A stretch of 64,000 bases of DNA. Origin: Macrostomum lignano. Its lineage: Eukaryota. This document shows positions 10,701 to 22,538 of this stretch, one piece after another. The first letter of the stretch is position 1; each line of letters opens with the position of its first letter. The notes beneath the pieces were generated by a model that worked only from the letters and a program-made list of their open reading frames with translations, was not told the DNA's origin and did not search any database. A program made the translations under genes and the position numbers. The DNA lies in assembly GCA_002269645.1 (NCBI GenBank), contig NIVC01000105.1:349992-413991 (forward strand). The letters are read 5' to 3'.

Positions 10701-12097
10701 GGATCTTCGTGACGGAACCAGGATGTGCGCGTTGATGAAGCGGCTGCAGCAGAGGATCCGAACGGGCCAGTGGGGCCAGGTGTCGCAGGTGGAGAGGCCG
10801 TACAAAGCGTGCCGGGAGGCGCTGTCTGTGGAAGATGGTCTGGTGATCCACGGAACCAGAATTGTGCCGCCACCTGATCTCCGCAGGCGCATCCTGGAGG
10901 TGGCGCACGACGAGGTGCATCCGAGCGTCGACAACACCAAGGCGCACATCTCCAAGGAGTTCTGGTGGCCGGGTCTCGATCGCGATGTTCGCAGCTTTGT
11001 GGAGCGCTGCCAGCAGTGCTCAGAAACTCGGCCAGTCCTGCAGCGGAGAATCGACACCTGGCCAGCAGAGAGTGAGCCGTGGTCCCCGGTTCACATGGAC
11101 CATTGTGAGATATCTGGAGTCGGCCTGCTACTGCTGCTGTCGGACTCCTACTCGGGGTGGCCTGAGGCCATCCAGGTGCCAGACCGAACTGCGGACAGTG
11201 TCCTGTGGGTTCTGAGAGTGGTGTTCGCGAGGAACGGAGTGCCTCGGACGCTGATGTCGGACAATGCGCCGGAGTTCAAGTCAGAGAGAGTGTCCCAGTG
11301 GCTGCACAGCATCGGGTTCCAGGAGCTGCACACTCCATCCGGTCTCGAACGGTCAGACAAAAAGGCTGGTGAGGATCATCAAGGATGGACTCAAGGCGTG
11401 GACAATAATGGTGCCGTTCGACCACTTTCTGCAGAAACTGCTGCTGACGATCAGGACCAGCCGGCCCAGTGGAAATCGAGCGGCATCTCCGGACATTCTG
11501 ATGTGGGGTCGTCGCCTAAACATGACTGAGCAGGTGGGCGATCCAATCTTGCTGAGGATGCGTCCGGGATGCTCGCCGGTTCCGGCCAAGTACGTGGTGC
11601 AGCAGGGCCGAACACGGCGCTGGTAGCCCCTGCGGACCAATCGGACGGCGGCCTGCGGCTGCATGGCGCACTCGAATCAGTGAACCGGCCGGATGAGTGC
11701 GCCTGGGTCGCTTTAGGGGGCCGAACCTGAGTCGGAGTTGCGGGAGCAGCTTCCTGACGCCAAGGTTGAGCAACTCTCTGATCCGGAACCAACGGCAGCG
11801 CCCCTGACCAGCGGCCGGAGGGAACCGTACGAGCTTCGGCCGCGCCAGCCGGTCTGCTATAAAGACTCTTTGTGACTGTACTTGACTCTGATTTTTTTCT
11901 ACTGGTTTCAGTCTTCGTTTGCTTTTGCGGGGGGCAGTGTTGGGCCTGGTGCCTGGGGGTTGGGCGTGTGCTTTTACTCTGTGTATCGTTTGTGATTTTA
12001 ACCCTGTGCGTGCGCCCTTTGTCTGGTCTCACGCTCTTTGCACGTCTCTGCTCTATCGTGACTTGAATGTACACTGTTGGTGTTTTAGCCCTTGGGT
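7712..12097 (+). mobile_element. Ty3/Gypsy LTR retrotransposon (Mag-like), decayed, 3' LTR truncated
   Basis: 5' LTR 7712-7988 (TG...CA), PBS TGGCGTCGCAAGCAGG at 7992, PPT GCGGGGGGCAG before the 3' LTR fragment 11938-12097. Domain order is gag-PR-RT-RNaseH-IN. Confidence 0.92.
8017..11630 (+). pseudogene. gag-pol of LTR element 1, with several frameshifts and stops
   Basis: Two zinc knuckles (CQRCG..., CHKCGKTGHFAKVC), protease KDSGASCSLI, RT WGSPIV...RICGDY...LDLSDAYYQ...YQDD, RNaseH YSKIEREALAI, integrase H...FWWPG...C..C and SDNAPEF. These are split over ORFs 7867-8898, 8729-9772, 9654-9989, 9970-11529 and 11264-11626. Confidence 0.88.
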
Positions 12098-12258
12098 CTG
12101 GGGTTCGATTCCAGACTCGAATTGTGTTCTTAAGCAAGACACTTAACTCTTCATTGCTTCAGTTCACCCATCTGTTAAATGGGTACCAGCATTAGCTGGG
12201 ATAATTTAAGATGGGTGTGGCGTCCCCCCAGTCCACGGACTGAACAGCTGTACGCAAC
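12098..12258 (+). mobile_element. CORE-type SINE, 5'-truncated (B-box, core and part of the body)
   Basis: GGTTCGATTCC then TGTGTTCTTAAGCAAGACACTTAACTCTTCATTGCTTCAGTTCACCCATCTGTTAAATGGGTACCAGCATTAGCTGGG, matching the reverse complement of 61040-61190. Confidence 0.85.
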
Positions 12259-13424
12259 CAATCCATAATTTTTTCCTAAAGCCTGCCTGTCTTGCGCCTT
12301 CGAATATTGCACTTTTATGCTAGACACAACTTTTTACAGTCGCGTATGCTTTTTAGGTTAAGGTTAGCTTAATTTTTGCCCTGAGTCCATGGACTGGAGT
12401 TTTCCTACTGCTGTACTTCTAGATGAGTCAAGACGTATTTATAGACATTTTCATGTTAGGTTTGAAGTTTTTTCTTGATATTACTTTTGGTTTGGGAATA
12501 ATAAAATAGCGCGAGCTGTCAGTTTGAATTCACGCTTTGCTCTGTGTCGCGATCCCAGCATCAATTAAATGTGATTCGACGCCTAAAAACAGAATGCTTA
12601 TTGAACTGACAGGACTCAATTGATATGTTTCCGAGTTTTGCATTGACAGCAATTTTTGCATAGCACAACAGCCTGGCCTGGCAATGCAACTTTAAGGGGG
12701 TTTAACTGTCATTCCAATGAGACACGGTAATTTAAATAAAAACTTAGGAAATGCTCTATGGTCAAAACGTTTTGCTTTTCGTGACTGGCTGGGCTTAGAA
12801 GAAGTTAACTAAAGACAAGCTGGCTTTCAAAACAAAATTGAAAAACATGTTCGCTGAAGTGTCTGGAGACCACAGATGATCTAATGATTTGAATATTAAT
12901 TTACTCGTCGCCTCCTTGCATTCATCAACTCATTCAGTCTGAGACTACAAGCAGCGGCCTGAGATTGTGTCTTAGCTGATATGAGAATAATAGCAGAGTA
13001 ATTGAAAAGCTGCCATGAGCTGCTATATTTCTGATGTCGTTGCAAATGCTGAAAAACTGCTTTGAGATTATTCTGGCACACACCAAAAATGGAATATTTA
13101 TAAGTAACTATTAATAGATAAATATAACGATTACGAGTTTCGGCTCAGTGACAACTGACAAGAAACCCGGGAGCTGGCGCGACCTCCTGGATATTACCTC
13201 CTGGGCAGTGAGCCTCCAGGCAGCACGCTCAGCCTGACCGCCCGTACGCCTCTGACCCCCACAGCGCCACCCACACCGCAAAGCCAGCAGAGGCACGCGT
13301 CCGAACAAGACCAACAGCCAAGCCGCCGCTGCTTTTTCTCGCCCAGCTCCGCACGGGCCGGGTCTAAAGGCTATCGTCACCGTACTGGGCTAGAACCCAA
13401 CGCCACTTGCTCGCAAGGCACCAG

Positions 13425-14630
13425 CACCAGCACCACCAGCACTATAACCACCAGCTGCGCCACCAACACCACCAGCACTAACCACCAGCACTAACCACCA
13501 GCACCACCAGCACTAACCACCAGCACCACCAGCACTAACCACCACCAGCACCACCAGCACTAACCACGAGCATCACCAGCACTAACCACCAGCACCACCA
13601 GCACTAACCACCAGCACCACCAGCACTAACCACCAGCATCACCAGCACTAACCACCAGCACCACCAGCACTACCACCAGCATCACCAGCACTAACCACCA
13701 GCACCACCAGCACTAACCACCATCACCACCAGCACTAACCACCATCACCACCAGCACTAACCACCAGCACCACCAGCACTACCACCAGCACCACCAGCAC
13801 TAACCACCAGCACCACCAGCACTAACCACCAACACCACCAGCACTACTACCAGCACCACCAGCACTACCACCAGCACCACCAGCACTACCTCCAGCACCA
13901 CCAGCACCATTACTAGCACCACCAGCACAACCCCTAATACCAGCACCAGCACCATCACTACCACCAGCACTACCACCAGCATCACCAGCACTAACCACCA
14001 GCACCACCAGCACTAACCACCAGCACCACCAGCACTACCACCAGCATCACCAGCACTAACCACCAGCACCACCAGCACTAACCACCATCACCACCAGCAC
14101 TAACCACCAGCACCACCAGCACTAACCACCAGCACCACCAGCACTAACCACCAGCACCACCAGCACTACCACCAGCACCACCAGCACTAACCACCAGCAC
14201 CACCAGCACTAACCACCAGCACCACCAGCACTACCACCAGCACCACCAGCACTAACCACCAGCACCACCAGCACTAACCACCAACACCACCAGCACTACT
14301 ACCAGCACCACCAGCACTAACCACCAGCACCACCAGCACTAACCACCAACACCACCAGCACTACTACCAGCACCACCAGCACTAACCACCAGCACCACCA
14401 GCACTAACCACCAACACCACCAGCACTACTACCAGCACCACCAGCACTAACCACCAGCACCACCAGCACTAACCACCAGCACCACCAGCACTAACCACCA
14501 ACACCACCATCACTACCACCAGCACTACCAGCACTACCACCAGCACCACCAGCACCATTACTAGCACCACCAGCACAACCCCTAATACCAGCACCAGCAC
14601 CATCACTACCACCAGCACTACCAGCACCAC
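13425..14630. repeat. ACC/AGC-based low-complexity array (ACCACCAGCACTA units) with an internal duplicated block
   Basis: Visible repeats; block about 13860-13990 recurs at about 14510-14620. Confidence 0.9.
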
Positions 14631-15832
14631 CACGCCAGTGCCGCCAGTGCAGAATGCACAACAGTAAACTGTATGCGAAGGCAAAAAAAACATTTCAACA
14701 ATTTACGTTTTGATAACAAATGGTCGAAAAATGTTAACTTTTTTCAAACGCAAATTAATATATTAATATTTATTGGGGTTAAAAAATCAATAGAAAAATT
14801 TCTGCAAGAGTAATATACGATATTATAATAATATCACATTTCGTACGTTATGAATCGCAGCTAAAATAAAAAGTCAGTACTACTGCGGCAAAAAAGGTTT
14901 GCTAAATAGAATTTCATGATAATGGTATTATATCGCATTTTAAGGTAATAAACAAACTGATTTCTTAGTACGAGCGTACTTAGTAAGTACTCAGTGGTTA
15001 GTTTACTCAAATCAAATGACAAAGAGCAGCAGAAAACAGCCCAAGCAATATCCACTGCTTTCGTTTCACTTCACCTGGCAAATCAAATACTCAAGCGAGT
15101 AAGTAAAGCACAGTCGGGAAATATATGATCATGTACCATGTCAAGTTAAGAGAACAGTTAGCAATTAACGAAATTACACTACGCGGCTAGCTACGTGTTA
15201 TAATAATAAAGCATGATAACCAAATGATTCTTATTCTCAAGTGTTCTTATGTTTCAAAGAGAAGTGAATTTCTAAAGCGATATGCACTTCAGGTGTGTCA
15301 TAAGTGAAACTCTGCTACCTCTTCTTCGCAGAGTGAGTTTCAGCTAAGTCCCGACGCTGGGGATGAGTGGCAGAACGGTCTAATGCGTTTTGCCTCTCGC
15401 ACCACCGTCCCTGAGCTCGATTCCGCGGAGAGGCCACACTAATTTGAGGCGCAGCCGTGGAGAGAAGATTTGGGGGCTTTTCGTGCAATTTACGCTCATG
15501 AGGGCCAACCTCCAAGGCACAGAGAGAATGTACACTGCCTGACGTCACAAAATGATGTGTCAAAGGCCCACAGCCCTCCTGCAAATATTACTATTATTAA
15601 GCCCCGAAGCTGAATTGCCATCGGCTCATTGATACTAATGGATTCATTGACTTAATTGTCAGTTTTCTCTCTAGTTACTTAACGAGGACGGTGACATTGT
15701 TAATGACTAATACCCGAAGTACACACACATTTTGAATAACTGCAGAGTGCAAAAATTAAAAGAGCAAATTTATAGAACTTAATTGAAAAATCTGATTAAA
15801 TAAAGTCGTGAAAAATGAATGATAAATATGTG

Positions 15833-18800
15833 TTAGCCTTCAGCATCGTCAGACAGTGCTTGAAACCGATTCTGAGCTTTTTTTGACTCCTGAGGTCTTT
15901 CTTGACTCCTTTTGACTCCTTTTTTGTCTCCACAGTCTGTGGCCCTTTTTTTAATCCGTGTGGATTGGCTGGCAGAACTTCCGCTATTGGAGCTCTGCGC
16001 ATTGGGTTGGCTCGGAGCTGCTACCTGGCGTGTATAACTCGAACCAGCTGTGCAATTCTCCTGGAGCCTGGAGTCGCTGTTTCTGCTAGTTGTTTCTTCC
16101 AGTTTTTTAATAAGAGCTTGCAGAGCGCTGGGAATATCTGGAAATATCGAATAAAATTTAGTAAATTTTACTTGCATATTTACTCAAGAACACGCGGAGT
16201 CTGTTCGTCTTTTCAGAATTTACTGAAGCCTGAACCAAGTAGGTTGGTGAAACAGTCAGGCAACAAAGACTACGCCCACCCTTCGATTCAAGTATCTTGC
16301 AGGCATTAGCAACGTCCCCAGTCAAGACAAATCCGAAACCCAACCATCGGATAATTACTGCAAACCGTGGGACATCTGAAGGGATATGCTGTCGAGCCAG
16401 TACTCGAACCAATCTTTTGCTAAGTACTTTAGTTTTTAGTTACAAATTTGAAGGATCAAATGAAGACCAGGAATTTACCTCCGCGACTTTTCATGATGTT
16501 CCACAACTGCTCCTCCTCGGCACAATGAGCAAAATTGCAATTATTTCTGTAGCGGCAATCCTCTTTTTCAAAAATACTTTTACAAAGCTGGGCCTTGTTG
16601 CATTTTGGTGGCGGTAGTCTAGCGGGCCGTTGCTCTGGGCCCGCGTACACAATGCGACTCGCAGAGCCTGCTGGCAGCTCGCGGAGAATCAGCGGCAGTT
16701 CTGACGCAGCTGTGCGATTGTCTTTTAGAAACTGGTCGAATGAGAACTTTTGGGTCCTCTCCAGTTGCCACATCTTCAGCTCCAAATCTCCGTGGGCAAA
16801 GTCGCAGTCTGAGTACCTGCATTCTCCACGCCGTCCATAATTATGGCACTTACTCAGATTCCGCATTTTGAGTCGGACTCGCTGCCACTCATTGCTGACT
16901 GCGCTGCTCTTCTCTCTGACCAAAAGGAAGCACTGCTCACAGTTCTTACATTCGGTTGTAGCCGCATTCATTGAGAACTTGCTCTGCAGTGCATCACTCG
17001 AATTGGCGCACTTGTAGCAGACCAGCTTCCAGTCACAATGAAACTGCAGGATCCAACCAGTCAATCCAGGCTTAATCTTGTCGATAAGCTCTCTCAGTCC
17101 AGCTGGCCAGTCTTCTGAAATATTTATTAGTGATGGGGTAACTATGATCATGAGCACCTTCCAGCTCAGCCAAGCCTAGCTGATGGGACCACCAGTTGAT
17201 TCCCAAGGTTGCTCTCAATCCTGAAACTGCCCTTACCTCTTGGTTTTTTCATAATGTTCCACAGTTGTTCCTCCTCGGCGCAGTGGGCGTAGTAGCATTT
17301 TCCATCTCGCCAAAAAGGACAGGGTATGCCTCGAGAGAATTTTTCACACAGCCTTGCAAACCGGTTATTCTTAGTCTCAGTGGAGGCAGTCTAGCAAGAG
17401 TTTGAGTTTCTGGAGGGCCAGGAGGGCCAGTGTAAAATATCTGTCTCACACCGCTCTCGCCAGCCCTTTCGCAGATGACCAGAGGCAGCTCCGTTTGAGC
17501 ATTGCGATGCTGCTTCATGAATCTGTTGAAAGAGAACTTGCCGATCCTCTCCAGTTCCCACAGCCGGTATTCAGCCTCGCCATGCGCGGAGTCGCAGTGG
17601 GCGCGCATGCATTCGTTGCAGTCAGGAATGTCGCTGTACTTGAAGCACATTTCAAGCTTGATCAGCTTTCGGCGTCTGGGCCTGATGTGCTGCCACTTGC
17701 TGCACTGACAGCGTTTTTGTCACGAACCAGCAGAATGACCTGCTGACAGTCCGTGCATTGTTCTGAAGGCTCTTCGAATCTGCTGCGAAGTGCATCGAAC
17801 CCAGTAGCGCATTTGTAGCAGGCCCATTTCCAATCATAGTCGGACTTCAAGGCTTCGAACTTCATTGGAAAGCCGCTGACTTCTTTGTACTGAAACAAAT
17901 GGATAAATTAGTGCATTGGGAGTTCGAAAACTCTCCTCAGGATGAGTGTGAGATGTTTTTACTAGCGCGAATTAAGTGCGAAACACAGGCCGGGATGCTA
18001 AGGAATAAAAGGACAGAACAGATGTTTGGAGGACTTTGCACAAACTAGCAAACCTGCACAATCAGTTAGATTCTCAAGAGCTGGTTTGTAGACAAGATTT
18101 CTAGATGGATATTTCATAGTAGATGTAAGTGATCCTTAGTCCACTAGTCTACTAGCCTAGGATAAAATAGTAGGCTTCGTGGGAATATATTCAGGAAATC
18201 AATTGCTCATCGGTCTAACTTACCTTATAAGACAAAAGTACGAATCTGACCTCCTCTACGAACTCTGCTGCAAAGTGCGCCAGCTGCTGCAAGTTGGCTG
18301 GGCCTTTACGAGTATTTGACTCTTGAAATTTTTTCTCGATATCCGAGTTCAATTTTCTCAGTTCAACAGCAGTTTTATGTTTGTCTTGGTTGATTTTACT
18401 GCTCCAAAGCTCTAGCCAGTTTCCGTTTTCCCCAATCGCTGTCTCCTTCTGAGCCATCCATTTAAAAATGTAATGAGTGCTTCTTGGTGCAAGAGGAAAC
18501 TGCACATCAGGATTGTCGTCAAACTTTCTATTCTCTTTTTTATTATAACTCAATTTCCATTTACCCTCAAGAGCCTTCTCAGCACTTGTATTTGCATTTC
18601 TCTGGTCATGGGTTAGCGGATAATAAACAGGACATTTCCAACAACTAACATCTACCTTTTTATTTATGGGGTTATTTCGAGCCGCTGCAATGAAGTCGTG
18701 CCAAATTCTATCCAGTTCTTTTCTAAGCTCATCCAGTGTGAGCCACATACTGCGCCAGTAGACGTCTTTTTCTTGTGATTCTTTTAGAATCAATCTAGTC

Positions 18801-20916
18801 ATTTTTAACCTTAGCTTCCTTGGTAGGATTGCTGACATAGAATTTCCTTCACCTTCTTCAGCAGGTCGGACATTTTCTCTGTTATGCCTTCTTCATCTTC
18901 AGGAGCTGTGCGACGTCGTTTGATGTGAAAGCCGGCGTTCTTCAGCTCAGTCAGTCGGGCGCAAAACTCATAGACGCATGTGCTGTGCAGGAACAAGGGG
19001 TCCGCATTCACTTGCAACACGTTGTTTCTGTCGCTCTGTTTCCGAATGTCTTCTTCCAGCAGCAGCAGTGCCTCGTGTACGGAGTCCTTGCAGCCGAGTG
19101 AGGCGCACTCGTTTAGCAGGTGCAGCCGCATTTTATTGGGTAGCTTGTCCTTCCACACCTCGTTGACGTCATCTCCGCTCGACAAGCTCTCCGCTTGCAT
19201 CTTGGCTAGCTTGTCCTTGCACACCTCGTTGACGTCATCTCCGCTCGACAAGCTCTCCGCTTGCATCTTGGCTAGCTTGTCCTTGCACACCTCTTTGACG
19301 TCATCTCCGCTCGACAAGCTCTCCGCTTGGCAGAGGAGAGAGTCAGCGATCATTGCAGTTCTGTGCTGCACGGACTCAGGCAGTGAGCGGAACAGCTGCT
19401 CGGCCTCTTCGAACTGCGACTTACGCATCAGCAGCCGGCCGAGGTGCTCGTTGACAAAGTGCTTCTGCTCATCGGACAATGGCTGGTAGTTCTGGTACTT
19501 TTTTTATTGACTTTCCTACGTGATATGTTTCCGAATCAGTTTCAAACTGACTTTCAATCCAAATCAGATAATGTTCTTCTTCTGCTACTGCAGCTTGGAT
19601 TTTCTTAGATATTGCATTATAAACCCATTGTTTCTATAGGCAGGATGCAAATAGTCGTTATTGCCCAGATGAGATTTTCCATACCTCTCTGACATCACCG
19701 TGCTTCAAAAGAAAAATGCCCTTGTCCATTCGATAATCGCTTCTTTGTTCGGAAAGTTGGTGCAGAGCGTCTCGAATAGACGGAGACTTGATTGAATGTC
19801 GACATCTTCTTTCGCTTCCTGAGTAGCACTTGAATTCGTTTCAATTCTAACCAGTATTCATTTCCGAAAATACTCTCGTTTAGTAGGTCTTCTGCTTCAT
19901 TTACTCGTGAATCAAATAGAAATTGTCCTACCTTTGCAGCAATGAAGGAAGGGTGATTTCTACATTTTTCGATTTCGTTGCCCTGTTCAAGTATGCTTCT
20001 GATCTTTTCGCTAAAAGTCTCAACTTCATTTTTGTCCTTTCCCATTCTGTTCAGACGTCTGATCAGAGTCGAATAAACTTCTGGCAACGCGATGTACATT
20101 CGATACGGTTTTGACCTGTTTTCATTGCCATCTGTTCTGTTTGTCCTTGTAGTTTCTGTCCAATCCTCTGTAGCTTTTAACAGATTTTTACATAATTTCG
20201 AATGCGTCGGTGTTGAAGCGACTGCCCTCGCAAAATCGGCTAGAAACATCACATCTTGCCACTTCTGTTCATCCAATATACTCTTGGCCTCTTCCCAATG
20301 CTGGAGCTCTTCACGACAAATGAAAAGTTTTTCATTTCGCTGTTCATTGAGAACCAATGCGAGGTTGTACAGGCATAAAAACTTAACGGCCTGGGACTCT
20401 GGATTTTCAGGAATCTTTTTCGTAGTGTCCAGAATCTGTTTGGCATCTTGAAGAGCATATTCACAGTCCTTTATTATGGCTTTCCTATGGGGCCCGACGG
20501 CGAACCATCGCATTGTCCAGCATTTGACAACCAAGCAAGTTGCTTTTGTTAGCTCATGAGCCGAGAAGTCCTCTAAATATTGCTTTGCCTCGTCATACGT
20601 TTGTCCTGATGGACTTCCGGTCTCGATTCCATCTCCATAAGCTAATTTTGTTGCTTTGACCGCAGAAACTGTACGTTAATCAATGCTGGAACTTCCCTTT
20701 CTGTTTCACTTAACAACTTCACGCTTTGCCTAAATCACAGAACATCGGCATTGTCCGGAGATTAGCTTTCAAGAGCAGGTAGAGATCTGACAGCCATGGT
20801 GAGTCAGACTTTCGATTCAAGGTCGTCTAAAACTTTTTGACACGTTCTTCAATGATGTCAAACTTGGCAAACCATTTTGTGTGACATTCAACTTCATTTA
20901 AGTCTTTAATGTTCAT
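15833..20916 (-). pseudogene. TPR-like helical region plus tandem C4/C3H1 zinc-finger modules (ZC3H7/RoXaN-like), multiply frameshifted
   Basis: Two modules of the form W..CYKC...C..C...WQ.(I/V)R...C...C..AHG..E..W.LER..KFSF, each followed by LC...C...C..AHCAEEEQLWNIMK. Canonical introns at 17890-18250 and 17115-17236, a donor at 16478, and a terminal exon about 15833-16137. Frame breaks near 20830, 19800, 19630, 19500, 18830, 17680 and 17380. Confidence 0.6.
19141..19329 (-). repeat. 66-bp (22-aa) near-perfect triplication inside the zinc-finger pseudogene
   Basis: QAESLSSGDDV(K/N)EVCKDKLAKM about three times in ORF 18811-19479. Confidence 0.9.
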
Positions 20917-22102
20917 TGTCGCTTCAGTGCGCAACAAAGGAAATGCGGAGAGTTGGAGACGAACAACACGTTAGCGGAGGAAGTTGGAATCTAGAATAGT
21001 CCTGTCAGCCTCGATAGATGTTCTCTGAAAATTTGTGAGGTGAAGGTTCAGGCGGCTGAATGTTACAAGTATATTAAAAATATGAAAAACTCTACAAATC
21101 CAGTAATTGAAAGTTAAGACAGTGTATTGTTGGGAGCAGTATTCTACCATAAAAAAAAGTTTTGACCACACCCCATCTCGATTTGAGAATAAATTTTTCT
21201 TCTTTGTCAATTCATTGAAAATCACCTCAGCGATCACCCAGTTTTCGATTCATTACACTTCGCTCAAAATGGGAGTGCATTCCAAGCATTCCAAGCATTT
21301 TTCAACAGTTGGACACAACAAAGAAGACAATATTCACCCAAAATGAGTGTGGATTTTCGCTCACCTCGTTCGCTCGGTCAAACTGGCTATTTTGTATGGT
21401 AGCAAAAAAGCAAGAAGAACCACCCCAAAAAAACCCCTCACTCATTAAATGCTCATTTTTTATTATCGGCGCCTTTTAACACGCAACTCTGTGCAGCTCT
21501 AACGCTAACCCTAACCACCGAAGCTTCTAATGTACCTTGAATATTTTATGCTTGACAAGTAGAAAGCATCTTTTAATAGATTTCAATTTAACGGAGTCTT
21601 AATTGACTGTAATTTAATGGAGATATTATTGATTATATTGATAGATTGTAGTTAATCAAAAGGGAATTTGATGTATTTCAGTCTTGTAGATTTGTTTTAG
21701 GGGTAAGAAAAGGCTTGGCCACTGCGAGGCCTTGAGCGCCAATATATATATTTAGAAATCGATATTTGCGTGGGGTGGAGTTGCGCCTGATAAACAAGAA
21801 GCGTGCAAGCTGATTGGCTGCAGAGCGACGGGGGCAGGCATTGTACACTCGAGGGTCAGAGAGTTAAACGGTGTACGGCCAACATCCTTCCCCAAGCGGA
21901 TAAGAGTTAGGAGATAAGAGCAAATGGGAAGCTAAGTAAACATTTCGAAGTGGGAATCAGAGGGGAATGGATGTGAGTGAATAGTATGAAAATATACGGA
22001 TGTGAGAGCGAATATTCATTAGGGCATAAACACAAATATGAGCATGGATAAGAGTTTAAGCATTAGTTACGATCAAATGAGCATTACTTATGAAAATAGA
22101 CA

Positions 22103-22380
22103 CGAGCATTAGTTTGCGAATATAAATACGAGCATTAGTTTGCGAAAATAAATACGAGCATTAGTTTGCGAATATAAATACGAGCATTAGTTTGCGAATA
22201 TAAATACGAGCATTAGTTTGCGAAAATAAATACGAGCATTAGTTTGCGAATATAAATACGAGCATTAGTTTGCGAATATAAATACGAGCATTAGTTTGCG
22301 AATATAAATACGAGCATTAGTTTGCGAATATAAATACGAGCATTAGTTTGCGAATATAAATACGAGCATTAGTTTCGAAT
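22103..22380. repeat. 26-bp tandem array (CGAGCATTAGTTTGCGAATATAAATA, about 11 units) inside the LTR element 2 3' UTR
   Basis: Visible units between the pol stop (22539) and the PPT/3' LTR. Confidence 0.92.
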
Positions 22381-22538
22381 ATTTGGCCTTAGAAGCAAAA
22401 GCTAAAAGCTATGCAGCTGAAGCTTAAAAAATAAAACGAGGCCGGCAGGGACACCCCTTTACCAAAAATGAGGAGCGCTCAGTTTGTTTGTAAAATTTAA
22501 AAGATCAGTCAGTTTTTTTGCAAAGTCAGTCAATTAGC

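Noticed and set aside
13160-13485. Open frame of about 105 codons ending in an HQ-rich tail (TRELARPPGYY...HQHHQH*)
   Set aside because: No start, convincing partner exons or homology, and it runs into the ACC repeat; cannot be supported as an exon.
21340-21540. Possible Helitron-type fragment (CTCGTTCGCTCG; CTAACGCTAACCCTAACC)
   Set aside because: Only short motifs; no terminal hairpin/CTRR end or second copy is visible.
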